Source of the DNA: Lama guanicoe
Taxonomy: Eukaryota
DNA: 64,000 nt
Direction: 5' to 3'
Assembly: GCA_013239625.1 (NCBI GenBank)
Contig: MU054323.1
Span: forward strand, 16,372,029-16,436,028
Part shown: positions 1 through 12,449 of the stretch, one piece after another
How the letters are laid out: every line of letters starts with the position of its first letter
Position numbering within the stretch: the first letter of the stretch is position 1
Made by a program: the position numbers and the translations under genes
Notes under the pieces: model-generated
Told to the model about the DNA's origin: nothing
The model's database searches: none
The model's input: only the letters and a program-made list of their open reading frames with translations

Positions 1-654
1 CACTTGTATTTTATGAAGTTTCACACTCATATGTTGGCTTTGAGGTTTGCTTCTTTCAGACCTATATTGGAAAGGCTTGAATTCCTATCACAGCCAGGAT
101 TTTCTTCAGCTCCAGAGATATGTTTGGTTTTGTGCCATTTTTTCCTGACTTTTATTTCTTCCATCTGATTCAGATGTTTCCTTGCCAACCCACAGTTCTT
201 AACAAGAAGGGGAGAAAAAAATAGAAGAAGCAAAAATGGCACCTCTCTTACACAGGAAAACATTCTGGTTTGAATTCCCTGTCAGATTTTTGGGCAGGTT
301 AGTTGGCAACTGGTGATTTGGACACATTTCAAATTTCAGAGTAAATTTCACAGAGCTTTTATTGCTTCCCTCTGGGCCCCTGTTAGAGAACAATAAGATG
401 CTAGGCTTAGCTTAATAATCACACTTGCCATTAGTCAGCTGCTCTTCCAGTGTACATCGCAGGCGCTTTATCTTCATCATCTTATGGCTTTTTACTCCAT
501 CTGCATGATTGGAAGGGACTCTGAATCAGCAGCAGCATTTTACAGTGCGGGGTGTGTCAAGGGTAGGGCTTTGGAAGAAAGAGCCTGATGTCACAGCATT
601 TCCTCCCACACTACATGTCAGCCACTGCCTTTTCTGTTGTTGATGTTTTCTTAA

Positions 655-925
655 TGAGCCTTTTATTTTAGAATAGTGACAAAGGTAGTGCAGAAAGTGC
701 CTGTATACCCTACACCCATTTCCCCCTATTATGGCATCTTAGATTACTGTGGTACATTTTTCACTCTGATGAATCAATAGTGACACACTATTACTGTTAG
801 CTGAATTTCATATTAATGTAAATTTCCTTAGTTGGAACCTAATGTTCTTGTTCTGTTCCAGGATATATCATGATGGATCCCACATGACATTTGGTTGTCT
901 TGTCTCTTTAGGTTGCTCTTCCACT
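655..925 (-). mobile_element. Ancient LINE-1 3' end fragment (L1MC-like)
   Basis: Resembles the L1MC 3' UTR in antisense (CCCATTTCCCCCTATT...GGTACATTT...TTCTGTTCCAGGAT...TGTCTCTTTAGG). Confidence 0.7.
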
Positions 926-932
926 GTCATCT

Positions 933-950
933 TGTGTGTGTGTGTGTGTG
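933..950. repeat. (TG)9 microsatellite
   Basis: Read directly. Confidence 0.95.
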
Positions 951-2456
951 TCTACCAGGTTGTAATATAATATGTAGGTCCCCCAAATTGAAAGCCACTG
1001 GTATAGAGCAAATTATAGTTAGTTGCCCCTTTAAGTGCCTAACAATAATTGGAAGGACAGTGTTACAGAACACATCAACTGTCAGAAGTATTTCTGATGC
1101 TAGTTTGTTCCAGTCCAAAAAAAAGAAAAAGAGAGGAGATAGTTAAATTTATAGAAACTTGAACAGCCAACAGTCAGCATCCTAGAATTGGAGAGAATTT
1201 AGGCCTAATACTATGCAGGTCTATAGGGACTCATAGAGTTTTCAAAGTAAGCACCAATGTGTTTCCACTAGTGATGTTCATTTCTTTCAGGAATGCTGTT
1301 TGTCCTTAGTGACTCATAGCTGCCACTTTTACTGATTTTGTTTGAAGTGTCGGATGTGGTGAGTTGACTGGGTCTAGAAAGAGTCTGGTGCATAGGCTTG
1401 GGCTTCACTAGCTGCTTCTCATGGGAAAGTCCGTTGATGAGATCAAAGATGAAAGACTGTCCTGGTCAGCTATTTTAGGCCATACACAGATGGAATGAAG
1501 CAAACAAGACAGAGTGTGTGCATTTGTCATAATACTGAGTCCAGATAATTTAACAGTGACTTCTTACCTTGTTGGTGGAGAGTAGGAAGTGGTAAGGTCT
1601 AAGGTGATGAGAAATCCTAAAGTATTTGTTAATGCTGAGAGTGTAACCTTTAACCCAACACATACTGCACTTAAGAGTATCCTATAGGCTTTGGGGAGCT
1701 GGCAGAAGAGAGGACAGGAAGAAAGAGAGACAGAGAAAGAAGTGGATTCAGTATTTCTGGCTACCTAAGAATAAAATCTCTATGGGGTAGATAAATAGGA
1801 TCTGACTGGGGTAACTCATCTTTCATGTTCCAAGCCAGAGCGAACAGAATTCATACACTTAGTGGTTGTAACTAAATAGGATTTGTATGTGTTTCAATTT
1901 TTAAAAATTAATTTCCTGAACTTAGACTCCATTGTTGGAAGGAATTTCAGAGACTTTTAATCTTTCTCCTTACCTCCAGCGCTAGGTAGCTCAGTCACAA
2001 CCAGCTGTTTACTTTTTTATTAAGTAAAAAGTGATTTTTACTTTGATTTCCTAGGTCTTTTTCATTTTAGTAATTAAAATGATGTTGAATAGATTACTTG
2101 GAAAAGTTAAAATAGGATAATGACATTCTAAATTGTAGCAATTTCTTGATTAAACACTGATTATAGAGTTTATAGTGTATTCACCTCAGTCATATTTTTC
2201 CCCCCTGGCTTTTCCCGCCAATTTTGGACTGTTTCACTGAGTTATGAAAATAAAGAGGAAAACAGACAAATAAAAAATAGAAGTGAATGCATTCTACATT
2301 ACCAAATGATCTGGTAGTTTTGAGGATAAGCAAGGGAGTTGACAAGGTGAAATAATGCATCTATATTAATTTGTTCTCTCTCTTTAAAACCATGAGAAGA
2401 AAGTTCTTTCTAAGTTTTAAATATTTACCACCTCTGTCTCCTCCAAGAGGGAATGA

Positions 2457-2478
2457 ACACACACACATACACACACAC
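2457..2478. repeat. Imperfect (AC)n microsatellite
   Basis: Read directly; one AT interruption. Confidence 0.9.
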
Positions 2479-2764
2479 TCACCCTTAAGTCTCCAGTTGG
2501 GGCAGACTTTGCCCTAACATCTCGGCACCTTCTTGGCTTTTCATATTTACTTTTGATTCATTAAAGATACTGTGCTGTTTCTAGTCTGCTAAGGCTTGGT
2601 GTTTCCGTTGGGAAAGTAAATGGCAAAAGACCACATGACTGTGGAGGGCAAACACTGCTGAAGGCCACAGCTGCTGCTTAAAGGGGAAAGTGCAGGCTGG
2701 TTAGAAAGACAAGGCATTGTGTGAAGGAGCATGGAGTAAGAAGAAAAAAGTTCTGCTCCTTCCC

Positions 2765-3266
2765 TGTTGCCTATGTTTAGGTCCTCCAGGAAGCAGATAC
2801 CAGGATGGAAATAGAAATGCAAGACGTTTGGCAGGGATAATGCTTACGAAAGAGAAAGGGAGAGGGAGCAGGAGGCAGTGGGCAGGGCCTCAGATCATGA
2901 TGCAAGCCTGATGTTCTTGAAGGGAGAGTAGGAAGGAAGAAGAATTGTGTAGGAAGAGCTTCAGACCGCAGGACAGCTCTGAGAAAGTCTTAGCTAGGTT
3001 GATGAGGAGCCTTAAAGCAACAGTTCTCACTAGAGAAATTCCTCCATTGGGCAGGAATGCCTGGTTTTAGTCTGCTCCCCACCCTGCCCCCATCCCATGC
3101 TCCCTAATCATTGGCTAGGAGCTGCTCTGGAAAACCACAGCCTTGGTGTGAATGCTAAAATGGATCCCAAAGCTTTGGAAGCTGCAAACTGACATATAAG
3201 TATAATTCTCACTAGAGATTCTCTCTTAACAGAAGATCTGAGTGTCACCTCTCCATGGCTGCCACA
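2765..3266 (-). mobile_element. ERVL solo LTR, LTR16-like
   Basis: Minus strand starts TGTGGCAGCCATGGAGAGGTGACACTCAGATCT and ends ...GCAACA, as in LTR16; about 500 bp. Confidence 0.75.
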
Positions 3267-4799
3267 CCCGTGAATCACATTAGTATCAGAGCTCAAAAAA
3301 GGCCAGGACAGGTGAATCCCATCTTGGCTGTCTGATCATTCTGCTATCATCCCACCACAACCCTCCCAAACACAAAATTGAGTTACAGAGGTAAGAGTTT
3401 TCCTTTATTTCCTAAAATCCTAAGACAGCTTGCAAAAGTTAGCTTGACCCAGTTCAGTTTCTCCTAGCTACCATTTGTGGTCCAAAACCCATCTCTCACA
3501 ATCTGCCGCATACTGAGTCAACTGTCAGAGACGGAAGCCTCTTGGCAGAAATGAGAATTATCTCACCTCTCAAATCTGTACGGAAAGGGAAATTGATTCA
3601 CTGATGTTTTCATTCTTTTTTCTTTTTGTCATTCTCCTTCTAAGTTCTGGAAAATGTTGGCTTTTTTTATGACTCAAAAGCATAGATCTTCTTCTAAAGT
3701 GAAGGATTAATCTTCAGAATGGAAGAAAGTTAGTCCCTTCTTGTTTGACACTTTAGGTGTGAGAATTGATTACAAAGAAGCAGTTGATCCAAAATATTAC
3801 AATGGGGGAGGACAAGAGCATAAGTGAACTTTAAGCTGAAAGGTAGTTTCTGAGCACCACTGTAGGTAATTGCAGCTTTGCAAGGAGCTTTTGAAAATCA
3901 TTAGGCCACTAAAGTTCAGTTGGGCTATCACACAAATCATCTGCTCTCTTATTTTTACCAACATGTTCACAGTTCCTTCTCATATTCTGTGTCTCTGGGT
4001 CTAGATTATCTTCATGTGAGAGAGAAATTGGAGCCTGACAAGTCACAGTCTTAAAGGGACATGAAATTATACCTTCAGATTAACAGTTGTCCTCTCCCAG
4101 AGTTTCTACTTTTTCAGATCAAATTCCAGAGATTTTCCACAGTCGACCTTTTTGACTGTAGCACATGTGGGCATCCAAGGAGTGGATGTGATGCACTTAA
4201 TGCAAGAAAGATGGCCAAGCTTAAGTTGAGAAGGGATGGTGGAAGTGGGTGTTGGTTAAGATTGGAAACCTTTGTAGTGAATCTATTCTATCCTGCTGCC
4301 CCTCTAAACTGAGCTTCCTGGGAAAATCATATCAATAGAAAAGAAAGGAGAGACAGGGTTTGCCTAATTTATTTCAAACCCACTACTTGACTTCTCATAA
4401 GCTGTTTTCATTTCTTTAAGATCAAGGTATGTAGTCCTATCCTTTGCTTGCTACTGATTTCATTTTTAATGACACCATGGTGGAAATTAATATTCTGCAG
4501 TGGTTTTCAAAATCATTTTTAGAGTGGCGCTCTTGCTTTAAAAGAAATATCAAATGAAGTGAGAATAGGAGATCCAGAACTCTGTCCAGCTTCTCCTTTA
4601 AAGCACTTCCTCCAATCCCAAGACTCTATGGGACATAGCTTGAAAGTCACTATAAAGTGGGAGAGGAGTTTAGGTCTGGTTTGACTCCAGTTACTATTTC
4701 GTTTTTTGTAAATTTGACCAAATAACAATAATAGCATTAATGATAGTAATGAGTGCTGTATAAATGTTTGTTATTATAACAGGTGTTAATAATTAGAAA

Positions 4800-5016
4800 G
4801 ATCATTTATATGGCATGCTCCATGTGCCAACCACTGAGCTAAATTACTTAACATGCATTATTTCCTTTAAATACAACAAACCTAAGAGATTTAGGTGAGG
4901 TAACTAGGATAGAGAAGTTAAGTCATTTGTCCAAAACTTATAGAGCAAGTGATGAGCAGAGAGGGGACACAAATGCAGGAATATCTGCCTCCAGAGCCAG
5001 GGCTCCAAGCCCCATG
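4800..5016 (-). mobile_element. MIR SINE
   Basis: Antisense MIR core (AGAGAAGTTAAGTCATTTGTCCAA...TCTGCCTCCAGAGCC). Confidence 0.7.
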
Positions 5017-5659
5017 TATGTGCAGCTTTACAGCCTCAGGGTCCTAATCTATAAAATACAGAGATTGGATTAAGTGATCACTAAGCATTTCCCAAAAAAC
5101 TTATTTCCATGAGAGTTGTGTGCTGAGCTCTAAAAAGAACAGAATTGCAGCTTCTACCTATTATTGTGATCATCTGCTTAGAACTCCACCCTACTTCTCA
5201 TCCCGCCGCAGGAAACGACGTGCTTTATTTAACCTCTGTTCTAAAGCCCTCTGAGCCCTCTGATATATATCATTAAACCCATTACAGTTCTACTCAGTTT
5301 ACAAATTTTGACTGGCATCACCAGTAACTTTACTCTCTCTCTTCGACACACCTCCTTTTTTCCTTTATCTCCTTTGGCAGAGAATTTGGCATTTTCACGA
5401 GTTAACCAAAAATCAATAGATCATTATTCATGTAATACTAACTTGACGCAAATGGAGGGTGGTATATGGCTATTTTTCTCGTTTTGTCAGCTGAAATTCA
5501 CTAGAAGCAATGACATCCCTGTAGCAGTGAACAGAACCCATGGCTAGATCTTGGTTTCTAAGTACCATTCACCACCAAAATGATCATGTAGCTATGTGTG
5601 ATTTTGATATGTGCTGCCCTCCCCTGAGTGTGTGGGAAAATCACTGTGACCGAGTAGGC

Positions 5660-5729
5660 AGAGGGCATTGGGCATGGGATTCGCAGACTGGTTTTGTGAC
5701 TCACTAGCTCAGTGAACCTGAGCAAGTCA
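5660..5729 (+). mobile_element. MIR 5' piece
   Basis: CACTAGCTCAGTGAACCTGAGCAAGTCA matches the MIR core up to GCAAGTTA. Confidence 0.5.
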
Positions 5730-5789
5730 GATTATTTATGGGGAGGGGGGTCAGTACTTTATATTGTGAAGTAAGAGGCTTCTGATTGC

Positions 5790-6364
5790 TTCTTACAATC
5801 CATTCTCCATGGTGTAGCCAGGTGTTCTTTCTGAAAAGTGAATTTGATCCATGTCACTTCTTTGCTCCCACCTGTTCATTGGCTCCACATTGCTCCCAAG
5901 ATAAAGCCCACCTCTGTAACATGGTACGGAATGGTCCCTGCTCACCTTTTCTGAGGAGCATTTATTCTGCTCTTGTCCCACCCCAGCATATACTCTCTAT
6001 ATGCTCTGTGATGCAAACTTAGTAACTTGAAGTCCTTTATGTGCTGTGCTCTCTCACCTGCACATCTTTGCTCATGCTTCTCCTTAGAACCTATACAGTT
6101 TTCACTCTTCCTCTTCTTTTCACCTATCTTTTTCTTTCTCACCTGAGGTGGATGTTATTTCTTCCAGAATGCTTTCCTGGGACCCCAAACTGAATTAAAT
6201 ACTTCCCATATGTGTCGTTTTAGCCTATACACTGTGTTGTAATTACCTATACTGTACTGGTTTGTCCTACTAGCCTCTAAGCAATTAGAAACTGCCTTAG
6301 TCATCCCTCGGGCATGGCACAAGCCCAGCACCTGGTTATGGACTCAGATATCTGTTAAATGCAT
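5790..6364 (+). mobile_element. L2 LINE 3' fragment
   Basis: L2 motifs (AATCCATTCTCC...GCCAG...CTTTCTGAAAA...ATGTCACT) and an L2-type 3' end. Confidence 0.75.
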
Positions 6365-6371
6365 TGGTAAT

Positions 6372-6485
6372 TCTTTTCACCTTCTCTAACCTTCAGCTTA
6401 CTCAGCCATTATGTGAAAATAATAATATGTATCTCCTGGATTGCAATGAGGATTGTCAGAGACAGGTTATGAGAAAGTGCTTTGC
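6372..6485 (+). mobile_element. MIR 3' piece
   Basis: CCTTCTCTAACCTTCAGCTT...ATAATAAT...TGAGGATT...AAAGTGCTT matches the MIR 3' half. Confidence 0.6.
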
Positions 6486-6558
6486 TAATGAGAATTACTA
6501 TCCCTGTGTAAAATAGGAGGGAAGACTTGCTTTCTTTCTGGTATAGTTTCCTCTAAAC

Positions 6559-6882
6559 CAGGATTAGCAAACTGATTCACAGGCCAAGTCCAGATCACCT
6601 CCTGTTTTTGTATTGTCTCCAAGTTAAGAATGGTTTTTAAATCGTTAAGTGGTTAGATGAAACCAAATGAAGAAGAATATGTCATAACATGTGGAAATTG
6701 CATGAAATGCGAATTTCAGAGTCCATTTCTAGTTTTATTGAGACTCAGCCATGCTCATTTGCTATGTACTATGGCTGTGTTTGTGCTGCAATGTCAGGGT
6801 AGAGTAGCTATGACAGATACCTCCTGGCCCACAAAGCCTAAAATATTTACTCTCCAGCCTTTGATAGAAAAAGTTTGCCTAC
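6559..6882 (+). mobile_element. MER58B-like hAT-Charlie MITE
   Basis: TIRs CAGGATTAGCAAACT / AGTTTGCCTAC; perfect 8-bp TSD CTCTAAAC at 6551-6558 and 6883-6890. Confidence 0.87.
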
Positions 6883-7374
6883 CTCTAAACCCAAAGCTTG
6901 TTCTGTCCTCACTGCCCAATCCCTGCTTTGGGCTCGGGTTCTGCTTTGATGTCTTAGCCTTAGAGACATTTGATATTTCCTCATGGATCTAGAGAAAGTT
7001 TTTTTCTTATTTATACCCAAACAACTATATGAGTATCTATGCAGAACACAGCAGGGCGTTTTCCGAAAGATATTTCATATTTGAGTGTATATAATGTGGG
7101 AGACTTAGGAATAAAATTACTGGGTTCCTATAAACTATCTCATTACTCGGGTTACTTGTTAAAGGAAGGGCTCTTCTGATTTTCTCAGACTAATATCTGA
7201 GTTTGAAATTTGTTCAGATATGTATGTATTTTTTTCCTATGTGTGGGGGCTTCCTTTTTATTTCATTTTTAAAGAGAAATTAATGGAAAGGAACTAAAAG
7301 CCAAAGCAGTTCCCACTTTAAAAATGAGGGGCTTCGGGGCATTAAAATTAGATTCAGTTACATGGTTGGAAGTG

Positions 7375-7441
7375 AAGGGAGAGAGAAAGGAGAGAGGGAG
7401 GGAGAGAGAAATGGAGGGGGACTGGGGAGAGAAAGAGGAGA
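7375..7441. repeat. GA-rich low-complexity tract
   Basis: Read directly. Confidence 0.8.
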
Positions 7442-9299
7442 GATGGAGAAACAACTAAGAAGTATAATGGTCATCTGATGACAAGACAAGCGAGCTAGAA
7501 TCCACTTTAGGAAGCTGGATGATAGAATACTCCGGAGTCAGCCTGGCTCTGTGAGGACATTTTTGTGGTAGTTAAATTGCTTCCTGAAGAATCTTTGTAG
7601 CTGTTTGGCATCTGAGTCTCTCCTGTTCTGTTTCTCCTATCTGTGTGGTATAGCTGTGGCTGTACGTGAACGAGAAAACTTAAAACACTGTGTTACACAG
7701 AGGAACGTGGTGTACCACCTTCCAGAAAAGAATCCAGGGACTGCCTGGACTCTGAGCTGCATTCCTGAGCTCCTCTGAGGATATAGTAAACAAGTTGTGA
7801 GGATCCAGAGATTCATAAGAAGAAGCTTTGACATTGTGAAATAGTTTTGACATCTTGGTTGCTCCATTTGGCACCATATCATGCTTTGTGAAAAAACAAA
7901 ATTTTTGACAATGTTGTAGACTGGTCTAACCACTAAATCCACCAACTCCTCCTCTCTCTGCCTTCTAAAATTGCTCCAACAAAATAAAACTCAGTGAACA
8001 CAATATTCCAGGATGATGGAAAAGCAAACACTGAGGTTTACAGGCGATAATATAAAGTACATATGTGTGCTTTAAGTTTGACCAAGTTCATAACACATGC
8101 TGTGTGTGTGAATTCACAATTCGAACCTATAAACTGGAGAGACAACACTCTGAGTCAGTTTTGGAAATTGCATAGACTTAGAGACATGAGGCAATAGCTG
8201 CTACCAAGTATTTTTTTGTTTTGTTTTGACTCTTTAAATTGAGAGTTTTTACTAGATTTTGAGGATTAGCTTCACCCGCGTTGGATAATTCTTTTATCCC
8301 CTCTTCTCCCTCCCCTTTTTTGCAATGCTTTTAAAGAGCAGTTTAAGTTATATCAACTAGAAACATGTGCTTCAACTTCATCTGTGATTGGTAGTTCTCT
8401 TTACACAGATGTGGCAAATTTTTGGTGCCTATAAACATTTTCCTTTTAGGGGAAGGGACTGGATTTATGGTCCAGAATTCCATTAACCTATATTGGGTCA
8501 AAGTATCTGGGAGATGCTTATTATATAGTGTACCTGTTCACTGGGAGAATTTCCTTCTGTTTATGTGTCCAATTACATTTTAGTTTATAATAAAATGCTC
8601 TTTTTCCAGACATCAGCTTTCCAGGGCCCATTTTTTTCCCTTCCTGTTAACATAAGCAAAGCAGTATGTACTTGACTGATTATTAATCAACAATTTGTAG
8701 ATGTTACTTCTTTTTCCTCCTAAGCTAGGGATAGGCAATAATCTTCCTATCAAGAACCACAAAACTGTAGGGGACATAGCAAGTAAGACCTCAAAATAAA
8801 AATAATAATAATAAAAAAGAAAACTAGAAGGTAGTTTATCAATGTATTTAAATTTGAAATATTAAAATGTACAAAAGTAACAGTCATTAATATTTTCACT
8901 TCCCAGTGTTAAATATTTATCATTTTTGTATATTTTTATGCTTTTGAAAAAATAGTTATTTTTAAAAAGGGAGGATCATCATAAAGAATTTAAAAATAGA
9001 GAAAAGTTTAAAAATGGAGATGAAATAATTCACCTCAAATCCTACCACACCCCCAAAATCATTATTAACACTAAATATCATTTTAGAGTCTATCTTTTTA
9101 TATATATAGACAGAGCAACTAGAAATTTTTATTAAGGTGAAATCTTATGGAAGACTAATGAAAAAAGTATAATTTTACTTGAATTTAATAGGAGAAAAAC
9201 TAAAGGAGTTGTTGAATTTCAAAGAAATGTCTTTTTAAACAAGATATATTATTTCCTAAAAGTTTCCTCTCAGATTAAAAAAGGAAATTAAAAAAAAAT

Positions 9300-10950
9300 T
9301 AGAACAGTTTTTAAGCCACACATCTTTGACAGTGTTCCTGAACTTTCTCCCATTGCTTCCCAAATTTTGTTAGTATTTTTACATTGTCTAGAAATAAAAC
9401 ATTTACATTTTTTCTGTAACCATAATTCTCTTAGTTCAAATAGTTTATTATTTATCTCAGTATTTAAACAGATTTAATGCTTGTCAGATTCCCTAAAATC
9501 AGGGCATTTTTTATTTCTGTGCTCTTTATTTTGATTCATATTTTAATATTTGCCCCCTGAGAAGTGTCTATGAGTGTAGTATTTCCTGAATTCTGTCATG
9601 TTTGAGGTACCCACCACCCTTGTAGCATCTTGGCTGGGTACCATATTCTTGGATCACACCTTTTTCACATTGTGAATATTATTCCATTGTCTGCCATTCA
9701 CTGGTGTTATGAAGAAGTCTATTTTCTTCCCCCGATGTATGTGATTTACTTTTCTGACTGGTCACTTAAAGGATTATTTCTTTATGCTTTACTTTCAGTG
9801 ATATAACTGGGCTATGCTCAGTATAGAGTATTCTGTATCAAACTTTTCTGGAAAATAGAGGACCCAGTCAAGATACAGATTCAAGTTTTTTCTCCCTTTA
9901 GTTTCAGGAAAATTCTCTTCCATTTAGCCTCATTTTCTGTTTATTTGTTGGTTTGCTACTTCAAGGACACCAATTATCCCCAAGTTGGATCATATTTATG
10001 TATCTTCCATATCTTTTAAGTTCACCTCTAATATGTTCTGATCTCTCTTCTTTAACTTTATTCAGCAGGAGTAGCTCATCTTTCTTCTATGCCAGTAATT
10101 TTATATATAGCAATAACTACTATATTTCATATTTTTTCTATGTCATTTATTAATTCCTTAATGCTATTGTTGGGGCCTCTATTTGTTTCCTCAAATCGCA
10201 GTCTCTTTTTCCATCTTGGTGCATTATTATCAGGCCTTTGAATCTTTGTTTTATTGAGACCATGTACCTAAGCTATTCCATTGTGAGAAGCAGTTTTTCT
10301 TCTGATTCTTGATTTTTTTTTATTATTTAGTTCTTTGTCTTTCTTTTGCTTTCTTCTTTCCTTATCATATAATATTTAATTTCCATTCCATTTCTTTTTA
10401 TCTTGTTTATGTTTGGGTGGTTTCATCCAGACATTGTTTGCTCTTATGCACTGAGGTTTACTTCTTGACTTTTTTTCACATTATTTAAAATCAATTTGGT
10501 CTTCCCTGAATATCCTGTGTTCTACAGTCTTTTCTCTAACCCGAGGGAATGACAACTGAAAGAGAAAGTCCAGCGGGGATATTTTCAGCCTTTGTTAGGT
10601 AATCTAGGCCTTGCTTGTTATTTGGAGATTTTGTTAATGGTTCTGAGTCAGTGTCTGCTTGATGGACATGCTTCTTTCCCATGGGAATAATATCCTTAGC
10701 CCCTGGGCTGGGTAGCTATGGAGATTTTCTTTTTGGTACAGACAGTCCCTGTGTTACTCCCTTTCCCCCCAGCAGCCTCCCATGCTCCCCCATTACTCAG
10801 TTGGAAAAGCGAAAAGATAATGACTGGGTTAGTGTCTTTCCAGCTTTGATTTAATCAAATCAGCAGTACAACTTCTGGGAGTCTGGTCAGGGGTGAAACA
10901 AAGCTGTATTATTTCTTGTTTCATCTCACAGTCAACTGTAGCTTTCCTTT
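9300..10950 (-). mobile_element. Highly diverged HAL1 / ancient L1 ORF1-region remnant
   Basis: T-rich; antisense ORF1 motifs (TGGCTGGGTA..ATATTCTTGG, TTCCATTGTCT, GAAGTCT, TTCAGGAAAATTCTCTT). Boundaries approximate. Confidence 0.55.
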
Positions 10951-12071
10951 TTTGCCAGTTTTTGAAGTTTATAACATTAACCTAACTCTTTTTCTTTGCT
11001 TTGTGGCTATTAAATAATTTTCCCTCTAGCTTTTAATTTTTCTTTTCTCTTTTCTCATTTTGTTAGATACTCAGAAGGGAAGTATTGTAACTCAATTGCA
11101 TTCTCTAATCTTAAAGCTAAGGTACATTATTTAAAAAATTATATTCAAGATACAACAGATGATTTAGATGTAAGTTCATATCATAAGCAGTTAAAATGGA
11201 GGAAGTTGGGAAAAGACATGATGAGAATTTGAAACTATAGCAGAGAAAACCCACGAGAATGAAAGAACATTAGAAAGGAACAGAGGAAATAAAAAAGAGA
11301 GAAATTTAGTTGTTTGTGATAACTGCAAAGTAGTGATAAACTGCTTTGTTGGGCAATCTTGTCTCTTTGGACTGAGGGCATTGGTGTTAGAAATGTATAA
11401 TCACTGTCCTTTGAAATTTTGGTAGGCGTTTCAACTTTTGAAAAACAGTCCTTTCTGTTCTGGGAAATAACTTAGCTGTTTTTATTCTCAGACTGCAAAG
11501 TTTACATTTGAAATAAAGTTTTATTTACCTATGTAACCTTGAAATCTTAACAGAATCTTGAAGCAGTGACTCGGGTTTTAAAATTTTTTTGTAATCTGAG
11601 AATTGTTGATCCACGTGCTAATTATCCTGAAAGTTCCTGTCATCCTGCATCATAGACTACAGCATTGGAGGGCACTAAGAGAGCAGAGAACATGTGAACA
11701 TTGGGATGGAGAAAATGGTTAGGGTAACAGTAGAATCAGGGAGAAGAGAAGTGGGCCCAGACACTGGGTACAGGCAAGGGATCAGGGCAGGTACCAGGGC
11801 AGGGATGCAAAGTCCTTGTAAACATCTACTAAGGGATATTGCTGAAACAGTATAAAAGAGGAAGTTAAGTGTCCAAGTAAAATTCAGCAACCAGGAGAGC
11901 CATAGGGAACAGAGAGCAAATGGATGGGAAATCAGTGCCTACTGACAAGGAGAGGAAGCTGAGGTAAGGCAGTTTTCTGGCTCCTTTATCCTGTCTTGAC
12001 TGTATGAAGAGGCAATTGTGAGAAGAGAAACTGAAATGATGAGAAATGATAATTCTGGTTGAGAGGAAAGA

Positions 12072-12100
12072 GGGAGGGAGGGAGGGAGGGAGAGAGAGAG
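12072..12100. repeat. (GGGA)5(GA)n repeat, G-quadruplex capable
   Basis: Five GGG runs with 1-nt loops, read directly. Confidence 0.85.
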
Positions 12101-12249
12101 GTGCACATCTTATCCCTTTGACAGCACCAAACTGTCTAGTTGACATATTTCTTTACTCTGATACTGTAGGTCTGCCTCAAGATGGCATTTGAATCAGCAT
12201 TTGTGGCTCTTTGATTTTTTAATTTTTCTTTTTCAGATTCAATTTTTGA

Positions 12250-12445
12250 AATTGAATTAAAAACTTGATTGGGCTAAAACTTGCATACAGTAAACTGTTT
12301 TTATTTAAAATATGCAATTTGATGAGTCTTAACAGATGTATATACTCGTGAAACCACCAACACAAACAAGATACCGTACGTTGCCATCAAAATATACAAC
12401 ATTCCACTCCCTTTGCAATCCCTCCCTCCCTCCCTCCACATCCTT
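12250..12445 (-). mobile_element. Old L1 (L1MD/L1ME-like) 3' end
   Basis: CATACAGTAAA...TTTGATGAGT...ATATACTCGTGAAACCACCA...CCCTTTGCAATC. Confidence 0.6.
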
Positions 12446-12449
12446 CTTG

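Noticed and set aside
8768..8825. 7SL/Alu-like 3' end followed by an A-rich tail
   Set aside because: Similarity is too short and degenerate, and there is no TSD.
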